Below, piece by piece: positions 48,149 through 56,944 of a stretch of DNA of 64,000 nucleotides. The stretch comes from a virus. The stretch lies in the IMG/VR virus record IMGVR_UViG_3300034418_007766, positions 26,725 to 90,724 of that record; one strand, written 5' to 3'. The first letter of the stretch is position 1. Each line of letters starts with the position of its first letter. Under the pieces are notes generated by a model. That model searched no databases. It saw only the letters and a program-made list of their open reading frames with translations, and had not been told where the DNA came from. The position numbers and the translations under genes are program-made.

Positions 48149-49647
48149 TGGTTGTGTTTGCTTTCTATTTTTTTAGTCACATATAAATCTAACGGATCAG
48201 GATCTGTGTCCGTATCTATTTTTTTGTCATCCCATATATTAACATTTAATTTTAATGCATCTCGTAGGTTTTCCACACTGTATAGTCTGTTCATAATATA
48301 AAAGTTTGGCTCTACTGTAAAGATGTTTTCAGGAGAAAACATTTTGCTACACCACATGCTTGCTTCATAAAAGTTGGTTTGATCGTTTTGCCAAAAGAAA
48401 TAGTGATCGTCAAGTCTATGATGTGCAAGTTTACCAAACTGTTCGTATTCATTTTTTAATGCGTCAATAGTTGATTGATCTGATATTTTGCTGTATCCAT
48501 ACTTGGCCGGATCGTCGCTGAATAAACTATTTGTGTTATCGTTGCTACTGTCGTTGGTTATATCCAAAGGCCACCAATGCCATGTTTCAGTGCGCCAGTT
48601 CTTCTTCATCCATTTTTGAGTTTTATGCCAACTTTTTTCATCTTCTCCTGGTAATCCAGCAATCAATCCAATACTACCTCGATATAAACCTAAATGATCT
48701 AAAAAATACTTTCGAATATTAATTAAACAACGTTTTATTTTACTAGGTGACATACCTTTGCCTATCGCTTTCGCAGCCACAGGATGGAAAGTTTCTACAC
48801 CATAAAAGTGTGCCCATATTCTAGCACGTTTCAATAATTCTTTTTGATATGGCCTAACCACTACTAGGTCAACTCTAACAAAAGCACTGAAGTTTGGTTT
48901 GAATGGCAAACTTTCAACAACGTCTGCTATCATACGCAATTTGTCATCATCATCGTTTACTGTGCTATCAGCAATGATATAATTTTTTACACCATATAAA
49001 TTGTAATTGTTTATTAACTCTTCTCTAACATTTTCAGGATCGCGAAACACACTTTTTTTAAATCCTAAAAAAGCATAACTGCAATATTTACATTTGAATC
49101 TACAGCCTCTACTGAGTTCAATGGTTAGTGCTTCAAACGGTTGTATATGGTCGCTGTGATTGTATGTAACTGTGAGATCTCTGATGCTGTGTGCAGGATA
49201 ATCTGTGTCTGCATTCACCAGCATTGTCATACCATTGTGTATCATAGTATGTTTTGGAGGTGGTCCGTTGTTGAACAGATAATCAATGATAGGGTCAGCT
49301 GCATGTTCAAAAAATCCTGTGCAAACTAAATCAAACCCTTCGTATTTTTGGAATGGTTGTTGTCCACCTGCGAAATATTTTCTACCAGGAAAAGTTTTTT
49401 TGAGCCATTGCACATATTCTCCAATAATGTCTTGAAGCATCCATGTATAACTAAATGCAAATGCAACAGTGTCTGGTGTAACAATTTTACTTACATACTC
49501 TTTGAGTTTTTGGATATCCCATTGCTCAACAAAGTCTATCACTTCTACTTCAAAACCCATATCACGCAGAATGTTTGCAGTCCTATAAGCACCACTTGAT
49601 CTACGTTGAAACTGACTTGCATTGAATAAAACTATGTGGCCGTGCAT
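48145..49647 (-). CDS. B12-binding-like radical SAM protein
   Basis: ELSRGCRFKCKYC, DSTVND and GVET motifs; paralogue of 43284-44771. Confidence 0.85.
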   Translation of the reverse strand: MHGHIVLFNASQFQRRSSGAYRTANILRDMGFEVEVIDFVEQWDIQKLKEYVSKIVTPDTVAFAFSYTWMLQDIIGEYVQWLKKTFPGRKYFAGGQQPFQKYEGFDLVCTGFFEHAADPIIDYLFNNGPPPKHTMIHNGMTMLVNADTDYPAHSIRDLTVTYNHSDHIQPFEALTIELSRGCRFKCKYCSYAFLGFKKSVFRDPENVREELINNYNLYGVKNYIIADSTVNDDDDKLRMIADVVESLPFKPNFSAFVRVDLVVVRPYQKELLKRARIWAHFYGVETFHPVAAKAIGKGMSPSKIKRCLINIRKYFLDHLGLYRGSIGLIAGLPGEDEKSWHKTQKWMKKNWRTETWHWWPLDITNDSSNDNTNSLFSDDPAKYGYSKISDQSTIDALKNEYEQFGKLAHHRLDDHYFFWQNDQTNFYEASMWCSKMFSPENIFTVEPNFYIMNRLYSVENLRDALKLNVNIWDDKKIDTDTDPDPLDLYVTKKIESKHNQ

Positions 49648-49669
49648 TACTCTATTTATTTGGGGAGTA

Positions 49670-49702
49670 TGGTGGAGATAACCGGGATCGAACAGCTTCT
49701 CC
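49670..49702 (-). pseudogene. internally deleted tRNA remnant (minihelix-like)
   Basis: GGAGAAGCT-GTTCGATCCCGGTTA-TCTCC-ACCA. Confidence 0.6.
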
Positions 49703-49707
49703 TTTAT

Positions 49708-49782
49708 TGGTGGAGCCTAGGGGGGTCGAACCCCTGACTTCGGAATGCAAATCCGATGTTTTCCCAACTATACTAAGGCCCC
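49708..49782 (-). tRNA. tRNA-Ala(UGC)
   Basis: TCGGA-TT-TGC-AT-TCCGA, G3:U70, ACCA. Confidence 0.95.
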
Positions 49783-49786
49783 TTTA

Positions 49787-49861
49787 TGGTGCTGCTGGAG
49801 AGAATCGAACTCCCAATCTACTGATTACAAGTCAGTTGCCTTACCATTCGGCCACAGCAGC
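49787..49861 (-). tRNA. tRNA-Thr(UGU)
   Basis: ACTGA-CT-TGT-AA-TCAGT, ACCA. Confidence 0.95.
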
Positions 49862-49939
49862 GTTATTCCTTTGCTCTACCAACTGAGCTAGTCCAGCTTT
49901 GGCGGTCGGACTGGGAATCGAACCCAGTCAACCCTTTTA
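49862..49939 (-). ncRNA. circularly permuted tRNA-like module (T-arm, acceptor, D-arm; no anticodon arm)
   Basis: CTGGG-TTCGATT-CCCAG TCCGACC GCCA AA GCTGGAC TA GCTC-AGTTGGTA-GAGC. Confidence 0.6.
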
Positions 49940-50031
49940 TGGCGGTGACGCAGGGATTCGAACCCTGGGAACGCTTAATCACGTTCAACTCCTTAGCAGG
50001 GAGCCGCTTTCGACCACTCAGCCACATCACC
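49940..50031 (-). tRNA. tRNA-Ser(GCU)
   Basis: GCTCC-CT-GCT-AA-GGAGT, long variable arm, GCCA. Confidence 0.95.
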
Positions 50032-50392
50032 AAATCTCTTCTACTTCTCCTGGTTTAATATAATGAACGCCTTTGCCTTCCATTATAGTAACTGGCAAAT
50101 AAGTAACTTTCTTTTCTTCCTCTAAGTAAACAGCCCATCCATCAATAAGTGTTCTATCAATATCTTTGCTTACTTTGTTTACCATACTACGAGCGGCAAG
50201 TTCGTATGTGCCTTTGCTCGGAAGTAATGAACGATACTTTACTTGTAATCTTTTAATATTACCTTGTTTATCCATCGCAATCAAGTCCACAGGACTAAAA
50301 TCATCAAATGGTGTAAAGCAATGGTAACCTTTGTCATACAAGTCTGACATTACTTTTATTAAACCAACATTTCCTTTCTCGTTTACATTCAT
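50027..50392 (-). CDS. PD-(D/E)XK endonuclease, I-Ssp6803I-like free-standing homing endonuclease
   Basis: KG..G, PVDLIA and RLQVK motifs; adjacent to the tRNA array. Confidence 0.75.
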   Translation of the reverse strand: MNVNEKGNVGLIKVMSDLYDKGYHCFTPFDDFSPVDLIAMDKQGNIKRLQVKYRSLLPSKGTYELAARSMVNKVSKDIDRTLIDGWAVYLEEEKKVTYLPVTIMEGKGVHYIKPGEVEEIW

Positions 50393-50470
50393 AACCTATC
50401 TCCTATACTTTATTTATCAAAGTTAGCAGATAGGCTCTCTGCTAAAGGCATTACCATCCTGCCCCCCGAC

Positions 50471-50689
50471 CTATCTTGGTGTAAACTCAAAAACGTTTGT
50501 GTCTTTTTCGTCTTTTACCACAGTTAAGTTTGGTTTCTTTGGAGCAGGTCTACTTAGTTCTTCTTCTAAATCTTTTAGAATATCTTCAAGTTCCTGCTCA
50601 TCCATCCCCATTTGATCTTCAATGCGTTTAAGACGTATATTGATTTGATAAAGCAATGAAATTACTTCATCAATTTTGTATCCACTCAT
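50471..50689 (-). CDS. hypothetical protein
   Basis: Coupled ORF. Confidence 0.6.
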   Translation of the reverse strand: MSGYKIDEVISLLYQINIRLKRIEDQMGMDEQELEDILKDLEEELSRPAPKKPNLTVVKDEKDTNVFEFTPR

Positions 50690-51192
50690 TGTGCTACAAT
50701 ACTCACTGATACTGGAATACGATCTCCTACATTATATTTGTTGTAGGTATAACTACGTGCGCTGATACCATCCCACTGATATGTGATACGATAGTTTTTA
50801 ATCTGTGTGGTTGTGGTATAGCGATTTTCTTGTCTACATTGACGTTCAATTTTGTATCCAGTGATTACCCGCTGGCTTTGGTTACCTTTGTCGGCAGCAA
50901 TAATACCACCAATTACAGCACCTGCGGCAGCGCCGTTGTCTTTCCCTGTAGCACCTTTACCTAGTAAACCACCAATAATCATTCCAGTAAGCACATCACC
51001 GCCAGACGCACCTCCGCCTTGAACATTGCCATAAATTGGCACTTCAACATCACTACAAATTTTTACTGGTTGATTGCTTGTAACTTCTTGATAATTAGGT
51101 TGAATATGTGTAATAGTAGCATACCTAGTTTCAGCTGATGCTGAGGTAGCCATAAGTGCTACTGCTGCTACTGTAGAAAGTGACCTTTTCAT
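50686..51192 (-). CDS. secreted glycine-zipper 2TM protein
   Basis: Signal peptide; GMIIGGLLG / GAAAGAVIGG zipper. Confidence 0.8.
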   Translation of the reverse strand: MKRSLSTVAAVALMATSASAETRYATITHIQPNYQEVTSNQPVKICSDVEVPIYGNVQGGGASGGDVLTGMIIGGLLGKGATGKDNGAAAGAVIGGIIAADKGNQSQRVITGYKIERQCRQENRYTTTTQIKNYRITYQWDGISARSYTYNKYNVGDRIPVSVSIVAQ

Positions 51193-51224
51193 TTGCCTAT
51201 CCTTAGATGTTTATACATGATTTA

Positions 51225-51253
51225 TTTATAACAAAGATTAATTAATTTGTCAA
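51225..51253 (-). promoter_or_regulatory. sigma70-type promoter
   Basis: TTGACA-17-TATAAA. Confidence 0.7.
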
Positions 51254-51795
51254 CCTAAATTTGGATATTCAGTAAACAATTTCATTTGTGGTTCTTTAGG
51301 CACGCCAGTTATTTGTATGCCATAGCGCCATACAGTGCTGAAGTTGTATACAGCATGAGGATCATCATTGTCCCAGCCAAACCAATCACCAGCTCGCCAA
51401 TAACCATATGTTTCATGGCACACTTGCGAGATTTGTCCTGGCACACTGTCTTCTAGCATTACAACAAAGCGTCTAATGTTTTGATTTTTCAATCCGTGAA
51501 ATGTTTTATACTTGCCATACAAATCTCCGTGTAGCGGTAGATATTGACCAGGTGTGAACAAGTTGATTGCTACACTGACATTAGTAATTTCAAACTGCGG
51601 AACTATATAATCAAACACCACTGGTGGGAAAGGATTTGGTTGGAAGTAATTGTATAATGTCATATACATTTTACTATGCCCAACACTGGCAAACTTGTTT
51701 AACAAGTCATTGTCCTTGTGAGTATCAAACTTGTAGTCTAAAGTTTTAAACTCTTCGATGTCCCAAGAGGGTTTAATGTGTCCTTTGTGTATCAT
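51250..51795 (-). CDS. 2OG-Fe(II) oxygenase / cupin-like hydroxylase
   Basis: PGQYLPLHGD (HxD), H..YN and R...QITG. Confidence 0.7.
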   Translation of the reverse strand: MIHKGHIKPSWDIEEFKTLDYKFDTHKDNDLLNKFASVGHSKMYMTLYNYFQPNPFPPVVFDYIVPQFEITNVSVAINLFTPGQYLPLHGDLYGKYKTFHGLKNQNIRRFVVMLEDSVPGQISQVCHETYGYWRAGDWFGWDNDDPHAVYNFSTVWRYGIQITGVPKEPQMKLFTEYPNLG

Positions 51796-52421
51796 ATGGT
51801 ATTTATAATGTCTAATATTTTACCTGTTTCTTCACGGTTTATATCATATGGCGAATGTAAACTTTTGTTACTATGCAACAGGCGCAAATGAGGACTAATT
51901 TCCTTCAAAGCCTTGACTAAGTTTTCTGTGTCCTGCAATGAAATTAATTCTACTTTAGGATCTTCTTTCAGCTTGTGTTTGTAAATCCATGTAGGACTGA
52001 AGATACAATGGTTAAAGTATTGTTCCATTCCAGGAAATTGGACGCCAAGTTCTATCAAGTTGTTGTCATTTGCCAAATCTGTAGCGATTTTTGTATAATG
52101 TTTCACTATTTCTAAATGTTGTAAAAATGTTTGGCGTTTAGGTTTATATTTTCCAAACCTTACTTTATTTCCATAAGCGTTGGCAATCATTCCCATATGC
52201 CATCCGCTTCTATACCAATGTTCAATTTGTCTAGTAAACAGATATATCTTGCTGTAAGGTTCTAAAATTATTTCATCACTAATAGCTGACTTTTCACTTT
52301 TTTTTACCAAAGGACGCAGTGGTCTTGGCAAGCCCATAAAGGCAGTTTCTAAACTTGTTGAACCACATTTACAAGGCGCAAAGACTGCAATTTTATTTAC
52401 TTGGTTTTTTAATATTATCAC
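51792..52421 (-). CDS. sulfotransferase-like protein
   Basis: PCKCGSTSLE and TRQIEHWYRSG; paralogue of 35576-36250. Confidence 0.55.
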   Translation of the reverse strand: MIILKNQVNKIAVFAPCKCGSTSLETAFMGLPRPLRPLVKKSEKSAISDEIILEPYSKIYLFTRQIEHWYRSGWHMGMIANAYGNKVRFGKYKPKRQTFLQHLEIVKHYTKIATDLANDNNLIELGVQFPGMEQYFNHCIFSPTWIYKHKLKEDPKVELISLQDTENLVKALKEISPHLRLLHSNKSLHSPYDINREETGKILDIINTI

Positions 52422-52669
52422 CGATGTAACTTTATATTCAAAACAAAATTTTCAACCAAGAGCTTTACAATAGTTGACATCATGATAGGCTCTTTATATT
52501 TTTCTTCAACTGATCCAAATTGATCTAAAACACTGTTTGCCATCAGTTCGTATGCATCTTGTTCTGTGATGTTCAGAGTTTTCCAATCAATTGGGTCTGT
52601 AATTTCAACTTCTTGTGCTAGATTTGCAAGTTGGGCAACTGCTTCTGTTCTTGTAATTTTTGGGTCCAT
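52418..52669 (-). CDS. hypothetical protein
   Basis: Coupled ORF. Confidence 0.65.
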   Translation of the reverse strand: MDPKITRTEAVAQLANLAQEVEITDPIDWKTLNITEQDAYELMANSVLDQFGSVEEKYKEPIMMSTIVKLLVENFVLNIKLHR

Positions 52670-52676
52670 GTTACTC

Positions 52677-52910
52677 TCATTGATTTACAAATTTAGGCCA
52701 TTGTGTTTCGAACTGTTTTCCATGAACTTCTTTTTCAAAATGAAATGTATGTTCGTAAACATTTGTGTAGGTGCTCATACTCCATTCATGACGGTCGCAG
52801 TTACGTCTACACCAAGTCTTGCCTTCGTTAACAAGATCGCTATGAAGCCTTACAGTGTAGCCTGGCTTCCAACGTTGTTTATATTCAAATATTTCTGCAG
52901 GTGTCATCAA
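52677..52910 (-). CDS. hypothetical phage protein
   Basis: IFEYKQRW...TNVYEHTF.FE pattern. Confidence 0.7.
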   Translation of the reverse strand: MMTPAEIFEYKQRWKPGYTVRLHSDLVNEGKTWCRRNCDRHEWSMSTYTNVYEHTFHFEKEVHGKQFETQWPKFVNQ

Positions 52911-53116
52911 TGTATCGTCGGAAAGGTAGCTGGGTCATTAGCATCGATACCCCAGTATTTTTTAAGAAAATAACAAACTGATTCTGGAACTTCAGCTTCT
53001 TCATCTGTCGTTGGAATATACAGTCCTTTTAGACTGCCGTCTTTTCCAATAACTACAGCATAATCGTCTTCGTCTAAAGTATCTTCAATACCTAGATAAT
53101 CATGACTCATTTTCAT
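52907..53116 (-). CDS. hypothetical protein
   Basis: Coupled ORF. Confidence 0.6.
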   Translation of the reverse strand: MKMSHDYLGIEDTLDEDDYAVVIGKDGSLKGLYIPTTDEEAEVPESVCYFLKKYWGIDANDPATFPTIH

Positions 53117-53291
53117 TCCACTTCATAATTTCTACTTCGCCATCTTTATTTTTTTTGTGCCGCAAAAAACCATTGTTAATCAATGAATCAATAGTTAAAT
53201 CAATTGCGTCTTCAAGTTTACCACGTCCTAATAAAAATCCCGCATAAGAACCTGCTATATACGTGAGCCCAATCCACATCATCATATTCAT
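53100..53291 (-). CDS. small membrane protein
   Basis: N-terminal TM. Confidence 0.6.
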   Translation of the reverse strand: MNMMMWIGLTYIAGSYAGFLLGRGKLEDAIDLTIDSLINNGFLRHKKNKDGEVEIMKWNENES

Positions 53292-53473
53292 GCTACTTCC
53301 GCCTTAAAGTTATCTCTACCCCATCCACTGTATTTACTCGCGGAACCATAGCGCATAAAGCACTGCTGTTCCGCAGTGCTTTTGCTTAGACATTTGACTG
53401 TGTCGATGTGCTTAATTTTGCGTCCATCGGCATCAACTAACCAAATATTGTAGTAATTAAACATTACTTTCAA
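53288..53473 (-). CDS. hypothetical protein
   Basis: Coupled ORF. Confidence 0.6.
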   Translation of the reverse strand: MKVMFNYYNIWLVDADGRKIKHIDTVKCLSKSTAEQQCFMRYGSASKYSGWGRDNFKAEVA

Positions 53474-53702
53474 TATCTCTTAGTAAGTCTCTATCTTCCC
53501 ATTCCACTTCACGTTTAGCATCTTTCCATGATTCATAGAACATGTAACCAAAAAGTGGCACTAGTAAAAATACAATTGGAATACCAATTTGTAATGCTAG
53601 TGTTGGTGCCATAGTGCTTAAGGTCATTACAACCATTACATAACCCATAATACCAAATGGAGGCAATACTTTGCCTAAGAATTTTTTTGTAACTCGATTC
53701 AT
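53457..53702 (-). CDS. two-TM membrane protein
   Basis: Hydrophobic helices; GGAG RBS. Confidence 0.65.
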   Translation of the reverse strand: MNRVTKKFLGKVLPPFGIMGYVMVVMTLSTMAPTLALQIGIPIVFLLVPLFGYMFYESWKDAKREVEWEDRDLLRDIESNV

Positions 53703-53703
53703 A

Positions 53704-54387
53704 TTAGATCTCCTGTTTTCTGAGTTTAACGTAGTTTAAGCGTGTCATTGGTGTTTTTGAATCACGCTCGAGATCCTCCCCTTTTATACGTGCGACAATG
53801 TCATACGTATCCCCAACAGCATACATTTGTTTTACAGTAAAGCACACCAAGTCTTTACCAATAGCACCAAAGTGCAAGTATGCTGGCTCACCATAAAAGT
53901 CATTGTTTAGAGGAATGACTTTAAGGATTTCTACCTCACTAGGTTCAATACGATCTCCAACAAGATGTTTACTTTCTGCAAACTCTGTTTTGATACGTTG
54001 TTTATAAACCTTTTCGGCTACCTGGCGTTCAATGAATGCAGGTAGATACGCAACTAATCCTACTCGCCCAATTGGCATTTCGCTGCTACTGTAGGCAGCA
54101 AATAAATCTGCCTCAAAGTCGGGCAAGTTGCCCATTGCAAGCATTGTGTAACGGCGCATGTGTTTATCGCCTGCTACCTTTGCTGCACGATCTGCATCAG
54201 TTACTTTAAGTGGAACAAAGTCTTCTGGTTTCCAATCACTGTGTGCAGTGAAAGTAATCATTTCTTTGTTGCTAAAAGTTGTTGGCTGTCCTTCGCTGTA
54301 TCGACGAGTTTGCTTGATATAGCCTTTGTTGATGCGATATGCTGCATAAGCCAATTCGATCAAGTGTTGTGTAGGATAAGTAGTCAT
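53704..54387 (-). CDS. hypothetical protein with C-terminal OB-fold-like region
   Basis: Likely start MTTYP downstream of a TTGACA-17-TATTAT promoter; TRLNYVK C-terminus. Confidence 0.65.
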   Translation of the reverse strand: MTTYPTQHLIELAYAAYRINKGYIKQTRRYSEGQPTTFSNKEMITFTAHSDWKPEDFVPLKVTDADRAAKVAGDKHMRRYTMLAMGNLPDFEADLFAAYSSSEMPIGRVGLVAYLPAFIERQVAEKVYKQRIKTEFAESKHLVGDRIEPSEVEILKVIPLNNDFYGEPAYLHFGAIGKDLVCFTVKQMYAVGDTYDIVARIKGEDLERDSKTPMTRLNYVKLRKQEI

Positions 54388-54458
54388 TTGCTTTATCTGT
54401 GCCTTTATCTTGCCTAACTGCGCTTTATAACTTATAATAGCAGGACTATTGTCCATTG

Positions 54459-55070
54459 TCAACCAAAAAGCATTTTGCAAGCATAAACATTTTTGTCATT
54501 GCCTTGTTGCAGTGCTTCGCTCACATACTGCATGCCGTTCAAATCAAATACCTTATGGCGCCCTGTAAGCACCCCAGGACCGTTATGATGAAACTTAAAC
54601 AAAATATGCATACCGTCTTGCAAATTTTTAATCTTCTTTGTGCGTTCTGCTGGAACACTTGTGTAGAAACTACGCATAGAACCTACTTCGTCGATGTTGC
54701 TACTAATTTTACATTCTGGGTATAAAAAGTATCCGCCTAATTTTGTTCTAACATCAGGATAACCTACGCCTAAATTCTTTGCTTCAGTTCCGTCTACATC
54801 TTCAATAGCTTGACAAAGCACATCCTCTACATGATTTCCATATTCATTTATGCGTCTGTTAGGAGCATAGTAATATTCATGCTGTGGATTATCAAATGCT
54901 TCTTTAGTTATTTCATATACTCTATCAATAACTTTTTGTAGAATAGGATTAAGCGAAATATCATATGGAAGAATTTCAACATCGTAATATGCTTTTACAT
55001 AATCGTTAAGAGTAATGCTACGCTTTCCTAACCCACGTAAGAAGTCTACATTTTCTTGTGTCCAACTCAT
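54459..55070 (-). CDS. restriction-endonuclease-like PD-(D/E)XK nuclease
   Basis: INEYGNHVE...GYPD...ECK...RSFY. Confidence 0.6.
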   Translation of the reverse strand: MSWTQENVDFLRGLGKRSITLNDYVKAYYDVEILPYDISLNPILQKVIDRVYEITKEAFDNPQHEYYYAPNRRINEYGNHVEDVLCQAIEDVDGTEAKNLGVGYPDVRTKLGGYFLYPECKISSNIDEVGSMRSFYTSVPAERTKKIKNLQDGMHILFKFHHNGPGVLTGRHKVFDLNGMQYVSEALQQGNDKNVYACKMLFG

Positions 55071-55459
55071 ACTTGTGTCCATTTCTTATGTGCTAGTTTG
55101 TTTTGTTCAGCCCAGGTTATAAACAACCCTGTTTCTCTACCATGGGCTTCGATCTCACTAGGTTTGTCCCAATAACCAAATTCTTCTTCGTTTTTGTATT
55201 GTCCTAATTCGTATTGCTTTACATGGACCAATTCGTGTGCCAATGTTGTAAGCATATCACGTAAACGCAAACTCCGTTTGATGTCAATTTCATATTCGTG
55301 ATTGTCAATTTGCACACAGCCACCAATGCTGCGATCGTTGGTCAAACGACGAAATGAAATTTCTACATCAGGGTCAATGTTAAATTTGTTACAAACAAAC
55401 TCCGCCATGCTGTAAGCATACATTCTTTGTGCTTTTGTGCCGCCTTGAACATATATCAT
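55067..55459 (-). CDS. HExxH zinc metallopeptidase-like protein
   Basis: TLAHELVHVKQY...PSEIEA. Confidence 0.75.
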   Translation of the reverse strand: MIYVQGGTKAQRMYAYSMAEFVCNKFNIDPDVEISFRRLTNDRSIGGCVQIDNHEYEIDIKRSLRLRDMLTTLAHELVHVKQYELGQYKNEEEFGYWDKPSEIEAHGRETGLFITWAEQNKLAHKKWTQV

Positions 55460-55743
55460 ATTTGCCTCGGTGATTTGCCAGTTAAAAAATACATTTTCTT
55501 TATAATAGTGTCAACAGCAGCTTCTGTCAAGTAGCCTTTTACAGTATCATGTTCTTCTGTGATGCCAGGCATGTTAACCATTTGGCCATTCTTGAATGGA
55601 GCAATCTCATACAAGCCTTTTTGGCCACCATAGCTGCCACTATGACTAACGATGCTCAGTTCGTAATCACCAAAATTCAACATAACCTGTGTGCCATCTA
55701 AAACTGGCATAGGTTCAAAACTTTTATATGCTAATACGGCCAT
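55456..55743 (-). CDS. hypothetical phage protein
   Basis: GGAGG RBS and a TTGACA-17-TATAAA promoter upstream; SYGG..GLYEIA motif. Confidence 0.7.
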   Translation of the reverse strand: MAVLAYKSFEPMPVLDGTQVMLNFGDYELSIVSHSGSYGGQKGLYEIAPFKNGQMVNMPGITEEHDTVKGYLTEAAVDTIIKKMYFLTGKSPRQI

Positions 55744-55795
55744 CTTGCCCTCCTTTGTTATATACTTTATAGCAAAGGCTTGGGCTTTTGTCAAC

Positions 55796-56014
55796 CTATA
55801 ATCGTCTGGTTATCCGGCCTTTTTCTAAATCATAAGGTGTCATTTCAATCCTTACTCTGTCGCCTGCTACTAGTCTAATCTTAAACTGGCGCATCTTTCC
55901 GCCTGTATAACATGTGACTAAATGTTCGTTGTCTAATTTGACTTTAAACATTTGATTAGGCAATACCTCTACGATATCGCCTTCAAATTCTATAATATCG
56001 TTATTTTTGGTCAT
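55796..56014 (-). CDS. infA: translation initiation factor IF-1
   Basis: IEFEG.IVEVLPN..F.V.LDN...GKMR...GDRV..EMTPYDL.KGRI; 72 aa. Confidence 0.95.
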   Translation of the reverse strand: MTKNNDIIEFEGDIVEVLPNQMFKVKLDNEHLVTCYTGGKMRQFKIRLVAGDRVRIEMTPYDLEKGRITRRL

Positions 56015-56186
56015 TCTCTACTTTTTCTAACACGATGCTTCCTTCCTCTACTTTAATTTTAAGCACATCGCCTGGTTCCCATCCCATCTGTTCTCTAATT
56101 TCAGGTGGAATATTCATTAGAACATTATCAGGATTGTCTGGATCATCCTCAAAAATGTCCTCTACTTTATACTCTTTATTTACCAT
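56001..56186 (-). CDS. AbrB/MazE-like DNA-binding protein
   Basis: [17 protein letters not shown] motif. Confidence 0.7.
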   Translation of the reverse strand: MVNKEYKVEDIFEDDPDNPDNVLMNIPPEIREQMGWEPGDVLKIKVEEGSIVLEKVENDQK

Positions 56187-56188
56187 AA

Positions 56189-56860
56189 CTAGTTTTCCCA
56201 AAAATAGCAACTTGTGCCTTTGCCGTTTGTATCGCCGCCGTTATTGTCGATGTCTTGGCCGTTATATTCAATATTTACAACTGTATCATCGCCGTTCCAA
56301 TATTCAGTTGTATAAATTTTCAACTTCTTAGGATCAAATGGACCATATGTTTCGATTAATCCATCAAAGAAGCCGCCTTTTTCGCTGTTGAAAATTTGCA
56401 TAACATATGCTGGTTCTTCAGTGTCATCTACACCCATTTCAACTTCAACTTCATTTTCGTCTGTCCATGCAGATAAACTTTCACCATCAACCACAGTTTC
56501 TACAACACTAGCACCCCATTCTTCACTGCTTACTTGTTCTACAGTGAGATAACTGCTACCAAAGTCTGCGCCATATTGATGCACAGTTAAGTTAGGTGCA
56601 TCATACCATTGTGTTCTATAATCATCTTGTGCAAGAAAATCTAAATCCTCTGTGATTTCTTCTTCAAAATCATCTGGATCCAACATATAATTGATCAAAG
56701 TTCCTTCATCATTTTCATTCAAGTCTTTCCAGTAATTGTATTGTTTTTCTGTCAATGCAAAATATCCAATCTCTCCGCCGTAACCAGAAAGTGAAATTCT
56801 ATAATATCTTGGACCTTTTAGATCCTCAACTAGTTCCTGTTTTTCTTCAGTTGTAGCCAT
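56189..56860 (-). CDS. acidic hypothetical protein
   Basis: GGAGG RBS; TTGACA-17-TATAAT promoter at about 56881-56909. Confidence 0.75.
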   Translation of the reverse strand: MATTEEKQELVEDLKGPRYYRISLSGYGGEIGYFALTEKQYNYWKDLNENDEGTLINYMLDPDDFEEEITEDLDFLAQDDYRTQWYDAPNLTVHQYGADFGSSYLTVEQVSSEEWGASVVETVVDGESLSAWTDENEVEVEMGVDDTEEPAYVMQIFNSEKGGFFDGLIETYGPFDPKKLKIYTTEYWNGDDTVVNIEYNGQDIDNNGGDTNGKGTSCYFWEN

Positions 56861-56944
56861 TTTTTCCTCCGATAATACTTATTATATATCCACTTTATGT
56901 CTTTGTCAAGCTAAATATGTTTGTAGCAGAGCGTGAGGGCGCAC

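Noticed and set aside
50027-50392. Group I intron around the endonuclease
   Set aside because: The neighbouring tRNA-Ser is uninterrupted and there is no room or core sequence for an intron
7929-55794. Long N-terminal extensions given by the ORF track (e.g. phoH 7929, 9243, 41464, 45498, 54480, 55794)
   Set aside because: Better RBS- or promoter-supported downstream starts exist, and the extensions overlap promoters or other genes
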